From: an uncultured virus (IMG/VR IMGVR_UViG_3300021197_001722)
Taxonomy: Duplodnaviria > Heunggongvirae > Uroviricota > Caudoviricetes
Strand: one strand, 5' to 3'
DNA: 64,000 nucleotides
IMG/VR virus record: IMGVR_UViG_3300021197_001722
Position numbers and translations under genes: made by a program. Under the pieces are notes generated by a model, which made no database searches, was not told where the DNA came from, and saw only the letters and a list, made by a program, of their open reading frames with translations. Positions within the stretch are counted from its first letter, which is position 1, and each line of letters begins with the position of its first letter. Shown here piece after piece: positions 36,599-48,100 of this stretch.

Positions 36599-39500
36599 TT
36601 AAAATCTCATTCTTCTATTAATAGCATCGCGCTGAATAAAGTCCTTAGTGGGCATATATGGATTATACACCGATTGATCGTAACCCGTAAACATTGAGTT
36701 TAGATCGCTTTCTGCTGCTTGTTGTCTTAAAATACTAATACCTACGTAACTATCTACTTCTGTCTCTACCTGTTGTTTAAAACCGTCCTCTTGTAAAGAA
36801 ACAAAAGAGCCATATTGAAGTTGCTCCGCAGTTCTAAGACCGCCACTACCAAGAAAACTAACAGCTTGTTCCGTGGCGGTTCCATTGAAAACAATCGTGT
36901 TTTGAGTAGTATTACCCGCTTTAAAAGAGTTTTGTTTATACTGTCTGGTAAGTGCATCTACTTTTGACGCAAGGTCAGAATCAACACTAAGGTTATTCGT
37001 TCTGCTTTTGTAAATACCTTTACGTTTCAATTCGTTAGTTTGATCTAATTGTTTTTGTCTTTCTCTATTTAGCTTTGCTAGTTGATCTTCTTTTTGCTTT
37101 GTTAGCTTTCCAAACTGAGTACCATACAAATTCATACTAACTGTAGATTTTATACCACCGTCACTTACATTAACAGAAACAGAAGTAACAAGAGGTCCAC
37201 CACCAATAAACGGAGAGCCAACCAAAATTCCAGTTGGCGCATCTGCAACAGTAAAGCTACCTTTTTCTGTGAATAACTGTAAACTATTTGAGAACTGAGA
37301 TTTTAATAATCCTACTTCATTCATAGCTCCGTATCCACCAAAATTCCAAGGAACTAGACTTTCATCTTTTACATACTCGACTTTACCGCCTATATCTCTA
37401 AATCTAAATCTACCACCGTTTTCAGGACTATCAGAAACAGCAGAAAGCCAAGGGCCATAACACCTTTCTTTAGACATTAAAGGTAATACAAATACATGAG
37501 GCATTATTGGCGACGGGCTAGTGAACATAGCCTTAGTATCTGGAGAGCCGAACGGGTACTGTACTCCCTTTTTCTGGAAAAAATTAATAACAGCAGCTAA
37601 ATTATTAACAGAAGCTGCCGGATCATCACCGGCAATAGTACCATTGTTAACTGCCTGTTGAACAACGCCGCTTATTTTCGCTGTAGTTGGTAAGGCGTAG
37701 CTAGGGGTTGTGTTTTCTTGATTATTAAAGTCTTCTTTAAATACAACATCAGCAGAAAACATATTAGCAAACTGGATAGGGCTACTATTGTTTTTAAGTC
37801 CATCAGCAAAAAATCCATCAACCACAGCATTGACTCTACCCGGAAGTGTTACCAAAGCATAAACAGCATCGGAGTTTAGGTCTTTTCTATCCGTAGAAAC
37901 TTTATTTTCACCAAGTATATTAACATGTCTTTTAAAGTCAACTATTTCTGTTGTGGCATTTTTATACCTTTCGTCATCAGTATAGCTTGCTGAAGGATCT
38001 GCGCAGAGGTTTCTTATTCCGATTAACGCTGCGAGAGCGAGTAAATTATTATCATAAAGATCTTCTTTATCAATACTATCTTGAATCTCTTTTAAGAATT
38101 TACACATATTATAGCCAGTGTAATACTCTGAAATACCAATAGAACCCTCATCCTCAGAGTTACCCTCTGTTAGTTGCCCATCTTCAACTTGAAGATCTAC
38201 ACCTCCAGCCAAATCTCTAATCCAGTCTGTATTAAAGTTTTTCAAGCTTCTCTTTTTTACGAAAATTGCACCGGAACTCTCAACAGGGTTAAAACCAAAA
38301 CTTGCATGGCTTGGATCTCCGTAATCTGTGACGGGTTCGTATCCGTAAATATCAGGGTAACTGCCAGTTGCAAATGGGCTGTCGTCGAGGAAATATTTGA
38401 TGTCTTGTATTTCTTGCGTAGTGCCGCTTGTATAAACATAATAAAAACCACTAGCCGTGATACTCTTTGGTATATCATAAATCCACTTATCTTTATATGT
38501 TCTATTAATACCTTCAGGAAGTTCGCCGCTTATCATGGGTTTTTTTTGCCAGAAAGTCTTACTTCCGGGCTTATAAATAATTGGCGGAAATGAAATACCC
38601 GGAACTACTTTATTATTCTCATCTAAAGTTTTGCTTTCTATTAAGTCAGTATTATTCCAAGTATATTTTTGACCATAAACTTTTACGGTTGCAGTTTCAA
38701 GTTTTGGAGCTAAATATAATTTCTCATCAACAGTAACTTCTACATAACTATAATTATCTTTCTTTTTCTGTAAAACTTTATCTGTTTGATCTCCGGGCCG
38801 TCTTATAAATTCAGAAGCCGAAAAACCATTGTACATATCAGAAATAAAGTTTTCCGTTCTTGCAGTAGAAGGTATTTCCTCTGTAACAACAGATCCTACG
38901 CTACCGAAATCATAAAATTGACTGTGATCGAATCTAACATATGGTTTTATTCTATAACCATCTGTCAGTTGATCTGGAGCTTGGGGAAATATTCTATTTG
39001 TCTGATCAAGGCCACTACTCCACATATTCCAATCGAAATAGCCACCTTGAGGTTCTGGTTTGTAGTTATGCTCCCAGTCTCCATCAATAGGATTATAACT
39101 AGTTCGCAGAGCGCCCTCTGTCCACTTTAAGTTCTTTTCAAGACCAGAAGCTGGTTGCAAATAATGATGAAATCTTTCTTTGTTGAGAGAACTTGATATG
39201 CCGTTATTAAGGACGGGATCAAATCGTTTTGGATAAGGTTGTGTGAGATCACCAATGTTTTTAAGTGGTGGAAAACCAAACGGACCAGAGTCTACCCAAG
39301 CGCCTAACCTGTTTACCAAGCCTTTTGGACCCATCTTAAACTTATAGTTAACATTTGCGTTTTTAGGCATTTTAACTAAGTAAGTTTTACCCAAGTGTTT
39401 GTCTGCAACACCTTTAATCCAGTCATAAACCTTTTTAGAATTTTCTAAATTGATATTGATACCTGCGGTCGCTGAAGCAGCAAGCTGTCCATTCTGTGCA

Positions 39501-42430
39501 GATTGTTCCTTAACGGCCATGTAATTTTTTTTGTATTTTTTAGCAAATCCGTCTGGGAATTTCCTATGTAAACGATATGACTTTACTATAGGGGCTGCCA
39601 ATTCTTTGTATTGTTCATACTTATCTGGAGTATCTTCTGCTGGATTAGAGGGTACATTCTCAAGAGAACCCCAAATAGATATTTTTATTTCTTGTAATTT
39701 TTCCTCAGAATATTTTCTAAAGTTTTCTTGGACGAATTGACCTTCGCTACCTCTTAGTTCTTCTCCAATCTCATCGCTACGTATTTCGGCTTTACCAAGT
39801 TTGAGTATTTTATTAGTATCTCTAAACTCTGCATAGTGGGCAAACTCTGGATCGTTTTCGATCATTTCTTTTACTAATCTTTCCTGCGAAGTTTGTACAT
39901 TTTTAATGTCTTGCAGAATATCTACATAGCCGCCTCCACCAACACCGATTCGCTCTCCTCTTTTGTAGTACAGCGGATACCCATAAGGTGGTTGACAAAC
40001 ATCTACTGGCAAACCATCTTCGTCAACAGCTTCTCGACTTGAATTGAAAACACACCTTGGAACAGACATGCTATCAACAGTCCAAAACTTCATCCTTTTT
40101 TCTTGAGATTCTGGATCGGGATTCTCTATAATTCTAGAAAAAACTTCACTGTCAAGAACGGGATCGTTAGTGTTCATTATTTCTTGTTTGTCGAAATTAA
40201 AGTTATCCTTAATATACTCTTTGTCTGTAACTTCAAATGGGACTGGATCAGAGGAAGGTATTCTTTTGTCTACAACTTGAATGCCCTCTGCGCCAAAAAC
40301 ATCACCTTTGATTCTAGCTTCAACAGTTTCTGGAATTTTAATTGGCGTATCAGTTAACTCACCATATCTTTCATTATAGTACATCAAGAACTTTTGCCAA
40401 GCAGAATAAGAAATACTAGCAGCGCGAAGCTCCATTTCTGTGGTGATGTAGTAATTTCCAACATTAATCGCGTCTACATTGCTAGAATCTAACAAGATCT
40501 GTTGGAATGGACCAAATCCAATAGGTATTGTAGGTGTTTCTTTATCCAAGAAGCCGTAGAATGGAACAACCTGTTGTTTGTACATAGTGTCCAATCTCCA
40601 CTGTTCTTCTTGACGAAGAAAATCATAACTATCTTCTTTCGCTTTAGGACTTAGCTTTTTTATGTACTGTCTATATAGGTTATCCTTGTTTCTTGCGAAC
40701 GTATACATATTGACTTCTTGACCACCAACAACAAACTTGTCAGTAGTCACATTAGAAAGGTCGTAACCAATGTTCTGACTTTCTACGAACACCTTAGAGG
40801 AATCAGGAGCGTCTTCATTTCTTGGTTTAGAAATAAGATCAATATACTCTTTTACTGCTCCGTATCTTGGTTGAACAGACCGGTCAACTGTGTCAATCCT
40901 AATAATCCCCGTTACGATATCTCCAAACCTACCTTCATTCATGGCCCTTAAATTTTGAGCATAAAGAGAGGCTGTTGGTTTTGCGTCAATCACTGGTATC
41001 AGCGAAACACTAAAGTCATGACCAATAATCTCTGTTATTTCTTGAACGAATGATAACAGATCCATCTGGTTTTGTTCAATAAAGTACATTGGCGGAACTT
41101 TATCAAACGGAATACCACCAAAATCTACAACATAGTTATAACCACGAAAATCAATAGGGCCGCCAAAGCCCGCTCTTTCATACTCTCCCCAAAGTTGCCC
41201 ATCATAACCAAACAGCGCATTAAGAGCTTGAGTTACCCTATACATCGGAATGCCGCGCTCTGATCTTCTAGAAAATCCTTGACCAGTAATCGGGAAAAAC
41301 TCTGGACCAGATAGCTTTACTATATCTTCGTCACTTAAATTAGACCAAGCAAATGTGTCATTAAAGTTAAAGTTTTCTTGTTGGAACAATCTTTTTGGAA
41401 AACGGTACAAATCATTGCCGTTAAAGAATCCATCGTTATCTTTTCTTAAAATACTTTTAGCTATGTTATAACCATCAACAAACTCTTGTAAATCATCAGA
41501 CAGGTCATACTCCAAGAATCCATATATGTTATACATGTTCTTATTATCAAACGTAGTACCTTGATAATCATTTAGAACAAGAACTACATTGCTCAATATT
41601 TCTCTTGGGTCAGAGACAGTTACATCAAATGTATTTGAACTGCCTTTTTTTTGCGAGAAGCTACTTAAAATACCACCAAAAACAAAATGATTCCAGCCAA
41701 CAAAATCATAAATGGTTTGTCCAACTTGATCAGCCAAATCCGCCCAAGGATAAAAGTTAGAATCTTTAATTGCTTGGGGTGGCAATTGATCTTCGTAAGA
41801 CCACTCAGTTCCCGTTAAAACACTTTTTTTAAGATCTTGATATCTAATGTTAGAAGAAGATTCTAAGTCTATATACCTACCGTCTGGGAGTTCCGCTAAT
41901 TGTTGGTCTTTAATAACTCCCGTTGGATATACATAATCTGGAACAAAGTATCCATTATATTTTTCAAAATATGTTTTTAACCACGCCTGCGCGACTGTTG
42001 CTCGTTGTTTTCCAAATTTAAAGAATACAGGAGATCCAACAACAGGCGGTTTAAATTGATCTCCATTCGCACCTTGGTGATAAACGTCGTCACCAGAGCC
42101 AAAGTGAGTTCCATCAGATGTATTGTATTCGTCATTAACTAATGTAACCTGTAAGCTACTGCTAGTATCTCCAAATCCAGCGTTTAGAGAAAAGTTAGAA
42201 ATACTTGCGCCCAAGAAAGTCTGTTGCTTAAAGCCTTCATTACCTTTAGTCCAACCGGCAGCAGACAGTTTGCCCTGAAACCCTTGAGTTAATACTGGTA
42301 TAACGCTATCATTACCACCAGCCTGACCCGTCATTACAGCGGAGGGCCAAACACTAGGTTGTGTGTCAAAAACACCAGTGGTTGGTATTGTAGAATATCT
42401 TTTTTTATCTTGTGGGCAATCTTGACTCAT
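36599..42430 (-). CDS. Large putative tail tip/baseplate hub protein (1943 aa)
   Basis: N-terminal FLGASISNFS...LQVTLV; C-terminal VTSVSVNVSDGGIKSTVSM followed by a coiled coil. Lies downstream of the tape measure gene. Confidence 0.55.
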   Translation of the reverse strand: MSQDCPQDKKRYSTIPTTGVFDTQPSVWPSAVMTGQAGGNDSVIPVLTQGFQGKLSAAGWTKGNEGFKQQTFLGASISNFSLNAGFGDTSSSLQVTLVNDEYNTSDGTHFGSGDDVYHQGANGDQFKPPVVGSPVFFKFGKQRATVAQAWLKTYFEKYNGYFVPDYVYPTGVIKDQQLAELPDGRYIDLESSSNIRYQDLKKSVLTGTEWSYEDQLPPQAIKDSNFYPWADLADQVGQTIYDFVGWNHFVFGGILSSFSQKKGSSNTFDVTVSDPREILSNVVLVLNDYQGTTFDNKNMYNIYGFLEYDLSDDLQEFVDGYNIAKSILRKDNDGFFNGNDLYRFPKRLFQQENFNFNDTFAWSNLSDEDIVKLSGPEFFPITGQGFSRRSERGIPMYRVTQALNALFGYDGQLWGEYERAGFGGPIDFRGYNYVVDFGGIPFDKVPPMYFIEQNQMDLLSFVQEITEIIGHDFSVSLIPVIDAKPTASLYAQNLRAMNEGRFGDIVTGIIRIDTVDRSVQPRYGAVKEYIDLISKPRNEDAPDSSKVFVESQNIGYDLSNVTTDKFVVGGQEVNMYTFARNKDNLYRQYIKKLSPKAKEDSYDFLRQEEQWRLDTMYKQQVVPFYGFLDKETPTIPIGFGPFQQILLDSSNVDAINVGNYYITTEMELRAASISYSAWQKFLMYYNERYGELTDTPIKIPETVEARIKGDVFGAEGIQVVDKRIPSSDPVPFEVTDKEYIKDNFNFDKQEIMNTNDPVLDSEVFSRIIENPDPESQEKRMKFWTVDSMSVPRCVFNSSREAVDEDGLPVDVCQPPYGYPLYYKRGERIGVGGGGYVDILQDIKNVQTSQERLVKEMIENDPEFAHYAEFRDTNKILKLGKAEIRSDEIGEELRGSEGQFVQENFRKYSEEKLQEIKISIWGSLENVPSNPAEDTPDKYEQYKELAAPIVKSYRLHRKFPDGFAKKYKKNYMAVKEQSAQNGQLAASATAGININLENSKKVYDWIKGVADKHLGKTYLVKMPKNANVNYKFKMGPKGLVNRLGAWVDSGPFGFPPLKNIGDLTQPYPKRFDPVLNNGISSSLNKERFHHYLQPASGLEKNLKWTEGALRTSYNPIDGDWEHNYKPEPQGGYFDWNMWSSGLDQTNRIFPQAPDQLTDGYRIKPYVRFDHSQFYDFGSVGSVVTEEIPSTARTENFISDMYNGFSASEFIRRPGDQTDKVLQKKKDNYSYVEVTVDEKLYLAPKLETATVKVYGQKYTWNNTDLIESKTLDENNKVVPGISFPPIIYKPGSKTFWQKKPMISGELPEGINRTYKDKWIYDIPKSITASGFYYVYTSGTTQEIQDIKYFLDDSPFATGSYPDIYGYEPVTDYGDPSHASFGFNPVESSGAIFVKKRSLKNFNTDWIRDLAGGVDLQVEDGQLTEGNSEDEGSIGISEYYTGYNMCKFLKEIQDSIDKEDLYDNNLLALAALIGIRNLCADPSASYTDDERYKNATTEIVDFKRHVNILGENKVSTDRKDLNSDAVYALVTLPGRVNAVVDGFFADGLKNNSSPIQFANMFSADVVFKEDFNNQENTTPSYALPTTAKISGVVQQAVNNGTIAGDDPAASVNNLAAVINFFQKKGVQYPFGSPDTKAMFTSPSPIMPHVFVLPLMSKERCYGPWLSAVSDSPENGGRFRFRDIGGKVEYVKDESLVPWNFGGYGAMNEVGLLKSQFSNSLQLFTEKGSFTVADAPTGILVGSPFIGGGPLVTSVSVNVSDGGIKSTVSMNLYGTQFGKLTKQKEDQLAKLNRERQKQLDQTNELKRKGIYKSRTNNLSVDSDLASKVDALTRQYKQNSFKAGNTTQNTIVFNGTATEQAVSFLGSGGLRTAEQLQYGSFVSLQEDGFKQQVETEVDSYVGISILRQQAAESDLNSMFTGYDQSVYNPYMPTKDFIQRDAINRRMRF

Positions 42431-42439
42431 TCTTGGTCC

Positions 42440-43273
42440 TTAAAATTTATACGGGTTAGTATTTAAATCCGAAATCTTGTAATCCGCTAAATAATTTATG
42501 TAAACATATTGATAATCAAAAGTATTAGGTGCAGATCTAAACGGAGAGTAATGCACATAAGGATTAAATAAAGTAAAGTCTTCTTTTACTGTTTCTTGAA
42601 AAGTTTTATCTTTATTTGCGGCGTTAGAATAATTACTATACAGATCAGTAATTTCTACTCTTACTCTTAATGGATCTCTGGTATATAAATCATAATCACC
42701 AGTCTTTTTAAATTGAACGTAGTCATAATACTTGTATAATTTTTTATCAGAACGACCAAAGTGGAATAATCCACTCTCTGGAAAATGTGGATCATTTTTA
42801 TTATAACCCCAATCAGTTTCCGCCTCGGTAAAGAAAACGCCTGAGTTTTTAAAAACAAAATCAGATAATTGCTTTGGCGTCATGGACGCAACTGCTACGC
42901 CACCTTCGTCAAGCACCGAGTGCGTTTGATCGCCCCAATAAGTAGTAAGTGCTGATCTCAGGTGTTCAAAATCTCCTGACGGAAACTCATAATTTATACC
43001 AGACCTACCCGGATAATCTTGAAGATTAATTAGGTGTTGAAAGGTGTCAAAAAAATTAGATTCACCAGACGCTAGTATTTTCCCCCTTACAGACGATTCA
43101 TCAAAATTAGACGCTACAAAACTTTCTTCAAGTTGTGGCAATTCTCTTCTGTCTGGAACTGATGAGCCATTACCCGTGATCGGACCAAGATAGTCTTTGG
43201 CGCTTTCACATGGATCGGTAGGATCTGGTGTGGGACCATATCCTCTAATTATCTTTTTGTATTCGTCAGACAT
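42440..43273 (-). CDS. Hypothetical virion-module protein
   Basis: 277-aa ORF, co-oriented and tightly spaced with its neighbours. Confidence 0.6.
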   Translation of the reverse strand: MSDEYKKIIRGYGPTPDPTDPCESAKDYLGPITGNGSSVPDRRELPQLEESFVASNFDESSVRGKILASGESNFFDTFQHLINLQDYPGRSGINYEFPSGDFEHLRSALTTYWGDQTHSVLDEGGVAVASMTPKQLSDFVFKNSGVFFTEAETDWGYNKNDPHFPESGLFHFGRSDKKLYKYYDYVQFKKTGDYDLYTRDPLRVRVEITDLYSNYSNAANKDKTFQETVKEDFTLFNPYVHYSPFRSAPNTFDYQYVYINYLADYKISDLNTNPYKF

Positions 43274-43275
43274 AA

Positions 43276-45144
43276 TTATTTATCCAGTTCATAAGTCCAA
43301 GAAAGATTTATACTGTACTGACCGTCCTTTGGCGACCAAGACTCGCTAGGCGGCGATAGAAAATACTTTCTTATTCCCGGTTCGTTCGCGGGACTAAGCT
43401 CAATTAACAACTCATGGATTTGCTCTGCTGTTGGAGAAACAATACTAGGTTTTTTTAGTAATAGTGGGTTTCTAGTTTCTCCGTATGGAACTTTCGTATA
43501 GTCCATAACTAAGTTAATTGATACATCTCTCCTGTATTCAGTCCTTGATCCCATATATTGAAGAACAGGACCAGTAGCTCTTCCTAGTACCGGAATAGTT
43601 GCAAATACATCTCCCGGATATGTGTCATTTACATTTATCTGCTCTGTTAAACATCCAGATATAATATTCGTAGGTCTATTATCAAATGCTAGTGAGTAAT
43701 TTATCTCACCGGTATACTCATTAACACCCAAAGTTATTGTTTTAGGTTGGGAGTTTAGGGCAACGGCAACAGCATTATTAGCTCTTTTGTAAAGATCGCA
43801 ACCAACACCAAACTTACTATTGTTTGAAATGTCTCTATATTTTTGCATAGCGTTGTGGTATGCAGAGCCGGAAGAAAGAGGCCAGTATTGATTACTGCTT
43901 ATTTTATCCATAACACCGCTTGTACCCAAAGCCTCTAGACCTTTTATTTGACCGTCAAGACTTACATCAATAAAGGGTGCGTCAATGTTAGATGTTATGT
44001 TTAGATTAAATGACTCGTAAGATGTTCCACTAGCTAGCAAGAATGTCTCTGTCACAGAGAAGCTACCAGCGCCTTCGTCGCAATTTTCTGTTCTTACTTG
44101 ATTGTATGCATCATACTGATTTACTAAATTTATTGTGCCACTACCCATAAATCCCGGCATAAGTGTGTTTGGATACACGCCGCTTAAATCTTGAGGGTTT
44201 TGTATCAATCTTGACTTTACAAAATTTGCAGCATTTTCCCAAGCCTTTGTTTTTTTAGACCCAATGGATACAGACATGTCTGGACTATAATGCGTTTTGC
44301 CAGTCGCGCTAAGATTATGAGTGACACGGTAAGTTTTAGGTAAATAAGGATTTGTAGATTCAGGTTGTTGATCGTCTGCCTCTATAGACCAAGACTCTTG
44401 ATAATCTTGAATAAAATGACCAGAAAGAGAACTTAATAGCGCCGACTCGTTTACCCCAGTCGTGGGAATAACTGAATCTTCATCACGAGTATCTGGATGA
44501 GAATTTAATAATCCTATTTCTTCTATGTTAGCGTTAGCATCTAGTAGTGTGTCTGCTTCAAGAGTAATCGCATAATCACACCTAGTTACATACAAACCTT
44601 CTGTAAAACTAATATCCACAAGTCTGGGATAGCATACAATAGTGGCAGAGTCATCATCCCAGTCTGTAATTTCCATTCTCTGACCATCTCTAGCAAACAA
44701 GGCTTTAAGAGCCTTCTGCTTACTAAATATAGCATTTACAAGATTTTCACTTTCAACATACTGCCGCCACGGTTTATTGATAACAACATCGTGCGCATGA
44801 CTCAAAGTATTATCAAACGCTTTATATGGACCAACAAAATTGTAAGATTCAGGATGTGGTGACGGAGTGGGTTTTGGATCACCAAAGGTGTACTTAACAA
44901 ATATGTCATCAGATCCGGGTCTTAGATTCGCTGCCGCCCCTTCTAAACCAACATTTGCTGGCTTAAAGGCGTATGGACTACCCATGTCTGGAAGTAAGGT
45001 TCCAGTCAAAGTAATTGTGTAATTAACACCGTATGCTTCACCAGCGCCGTTTTTCAATACATTTGTAGATATATTGCATAAGGGCGTTGGCCTTATATTA
45101 CAAAGTTGGGTTTCTTGATTTTTATAATAAAGTTTAATTGGCAT
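43276..45144 (-). CDS. Putative tail protein with repeated beta modules
   Basis: 622 aa with recurring strand-G-strand motifs: GSFSVTETF, GEINYSLAF and GQYSINLSW. Confidence 0.55.
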   Translation of the reverse strand: MPIKLYYKNQETQLCNIRPTPLCNISTNVLKNGAGEAYGVNYTITLTGTLLPDMGSPYAFKPANVGLEGAAANLRPGSDDIFVKYTFGDPKPTPSPHPESYNFVGPYKAFDNTLSHAHDVVINKPWRQYVESENLVNAIFSKQKALKALFARDGQRMEITDWDDDSATIVCYPRLVDISFTEGLYVTRCDYAITLEADTLLDANANIEEIGLLNSHPDTRDEDSVIPTTGVNESALLSSLSGHFIQDYQESWSIEADDQQPESTNPYLPKTYRVTHNLSATGKTHYSPDMSVSIGSKKTKAWENAANFVKSRLIQNPQDLSGVYPNTLMPGFMGSGTINLVNQYDAYNQVRTENCDEGAGSFSVTETFLLASGTSYESFNLNITSNIDAPFIDVSLDGQIKGLEALGTSGVMDKISSNQYWPLSSGSAYHNAMQKYRDISNNSKFGVGCDLYKRANNAVAVALNSQPKTITLGVNEYTGEINYSLAFDNRPTNIISGCLTEQINVNDTYPGDVFATIPVLGRATGPVLQYMGSRTEYRRDVSINLVMDYTKVPYGETRNPLLLKKPSIVSPTAEQIHELLIELSPANEPGIRKYFLSPPSESWSPKDGQYSINLSWTYELDK

Positions 45145-48100
45145 TATTTACCCTTTGTCTTGAAATTGAGTACTGAGTGTTGATTTGCGATACCGCTAGT
45201 AAATAGTCCTACAGACCCATTTACATTTTCTAAATCTTCTGAGTTCCAGAAGTATGAAGTAGAACCAACAATCATCTCCCCACTATTATACACGAATAAA
45301 GGCATTATAGAGCTTGCTTGAGCCTCTTTACCAGCTACGAAAAGTCCTAACTCATCATTTATTCCAGTTCCAGAAATATACTCTCCAAACACAGATTCAA
45401 TATATGGTCTTTGTGTAGTAAATCCAATATCTGCTGGGTCGTAGCCAGAAACTTCTAGGAATATGTGACCACCAGCACTTGAATTAATCAGACCGCTAAC
45501 AGTGTAAGTTATTGGCAACCCAGAGGTGTTTTGATAAAATAATCCTGACAAAGATGATCCATCACCATATACTCTAGGCATAATGTAATTACCACCAACA
45601 GGTATTTGATCTGGCTGTTCTCTGAGCATCGCGTCATACGTATAAGCCGAACCAGCACCAGAAATCTCAATGGATGTATGATTCCCGCTAGTTGGATGGA
45701 TATGGTATGGAGCGCCAACAATCATCACGTAGTCGCTATCACCCCTATTAGCTCTATTTAAACACACAGAATATCCAAACATATCATTCTCTGCGCCAGA
45801 GGTAGGTGGAGAACCGGCTACTCTATCATTATATCCTTGAGCAACTAATTTCTCAGCAAAATTCCAAGTTTTATTTCTATTTTGATAATTATCTACACTG
45901 TGTCTGAATGTAAATACCGCGCCATTATTTAATATCATTTCTCCGCTTCCGGTGAAGTTATTTCTATTGGCGGGATCTCCTAAGTCATAGTATTCTCTAC
46001 CGGGAATTGTAAACGCTTTGCTAAATTCTTTTCTAATAAAAGCCGTATTTCCGTAATAGATATTATCATACAAAGTTTCATAATCGTGGTTTGGCGCACC
46101 GACCGCAGCAAAATCAGACTCTACAGATACAGACCAACCAAACATGTCTGGTCTCCAAGCAAATCCAGAGGCAAATGCGTCTGTCAGTGCGTGACTACCC
46201 TTTGCAGATGTTAAGTCTCCTGATGTCGCGTTATCGACACCTACCTGTAAGCTATCTGCCGGTTTGATTTTTTGACCAAACTCCCAAGGTAAAAATTCTG
46301 ATACAGCGTTAGTTCCTCTTCCAGTTTTGGAGAAGAAGAACGCAGATCCGGGACCACCACGACCACTTAGTTTTAATCCTGAACCAACATCACTAGCATC
46401 ATACGCTGCGCTAATACCAGACCAAGAAACCACACCTGTGCTATTATAAGCATTAAAAGGTGCGCCTACTATAAGTTTATCTTTGTAAAGATCAATTGCA
46501 TATCCAAATAAATCTCCGACGTATCCAGATTCTATAGTCTCTATATCAAGATAATCTCTATCATTGGCTTCCATAAATCTAGGGACACCGCCCATGATAT
46601 CAGAGTCTACCCAGTGCGTAATCTCTCCAAGAGATTCATCATAAAAGTTACCGCTATATCTTGGATATATACCGAAATCTGGAACGACCTCTTCTCCAAA
46701 TCTTTCAATTTCTTGATCTATCTTTATTTTCTCAAACGGTGTAAATCTTCTTTCTACATCACTCAAGACAAAATTATCTTCTTGGTCTGTATATTCATTC
46801 AGATTGCCAGCGACACCTCCTAATCCGTACATTTCTACAAGATATTGATTTCCAGAATTTGCATAATACTTAGCAGCACTACCATTTTCTGGCGATCTAA
46901 GTTTTTGATTAAACTCAAATCTAGTACCTTTCTTAGAAGTGCTTACATCTTCGTGGCTATAGTAGCTTCTATCAGGACTCTGTGGATACAGACTTCTAAT
47001 AAGTCTAACATTAGGAGACTCTGGCCCAGACCTGTAGTGACTGTTAAAGCCTTGGATCATAGAAGAGTCTGTAACAAGAACAATTCTAGATCTACGCAAA
47101 CCAGTATCAAAGCTACTAAAGTGTTCTAGTTCGTCCGCAACAATCATTGGACCATCTTCAACATCCAAAGTAGGATCAAACTCAAGACATGTTTCTGCGT
47201 TAGGGTTGCAGTACTTTTGGTGGTTTGTAGAGATAGGTCTAAACACAGCAGGGACCGTAATTGTTCTACCCGGAATGTACCAAGGAACACCAGAACATTC
47301 AGTAATATAAACTTTCTTCTCTATAATCGTATCTTTGCTGATAACTTCTGATTCGATAGGTAGATACATACCAGAAACTTGAAGAATTCTAGGTGTATAA
47401 GGTCTATCTCCATCAAACTGCTCTGGTCTAATCTGTTTCCACTCATTAGTATCGAAGGTGACAGTAATATCTTCCTTATCATTTTTAACCCTGAAGTCTA
47501 CAAAGTGTCTTTGAGGTTGATATTTTTTTGTCTTTCCGAGACGCTTAGATGAGTTAGGACTGGTTTCACCCTCTTGATCTTCAGGTGGACCAGCAGTAAA
47601 TACAACATTGTCATCGTCTAAATTAAATAGTACTTCAAACTTTTCGTTATCAGTTTCAGATACCCAATCAACAAAGAGTCTATAACCAGAACCAGAATTT
47701 ACTGGGAAGGTCATAGTAGACTCGCCATCAATTTTCCAGTACGTGTCTGGTGTTGACCACTTTTTATCAAAGACAGGATCTTTCAATTCTATAATAGTTG
47801 CAGTATTGCTTCCCGGTTTAATTGGGATATACGCATAACCGTTAAATCCATCTCCTTCTGGATCTACTTCAGAATCATTTAATGTTTGCGGATCTGCCGT
47901 GTTTGGAATAGCTGATAGTTTATCAACTTTAGTGGAGCTAATAATTGTAGAGCCAGTCCAACTATAACCTTCTGGACACCCATCAATTAAATTCGTCCCA
48001 CTGTAAATAACCATAGGTGTTGTGTCAGGGTCTACAGGGCAGCAGCTACTAAGTGCTGAATTTTTAAGTTGATCAGTATCTTGCACATAGTAAGATCCAA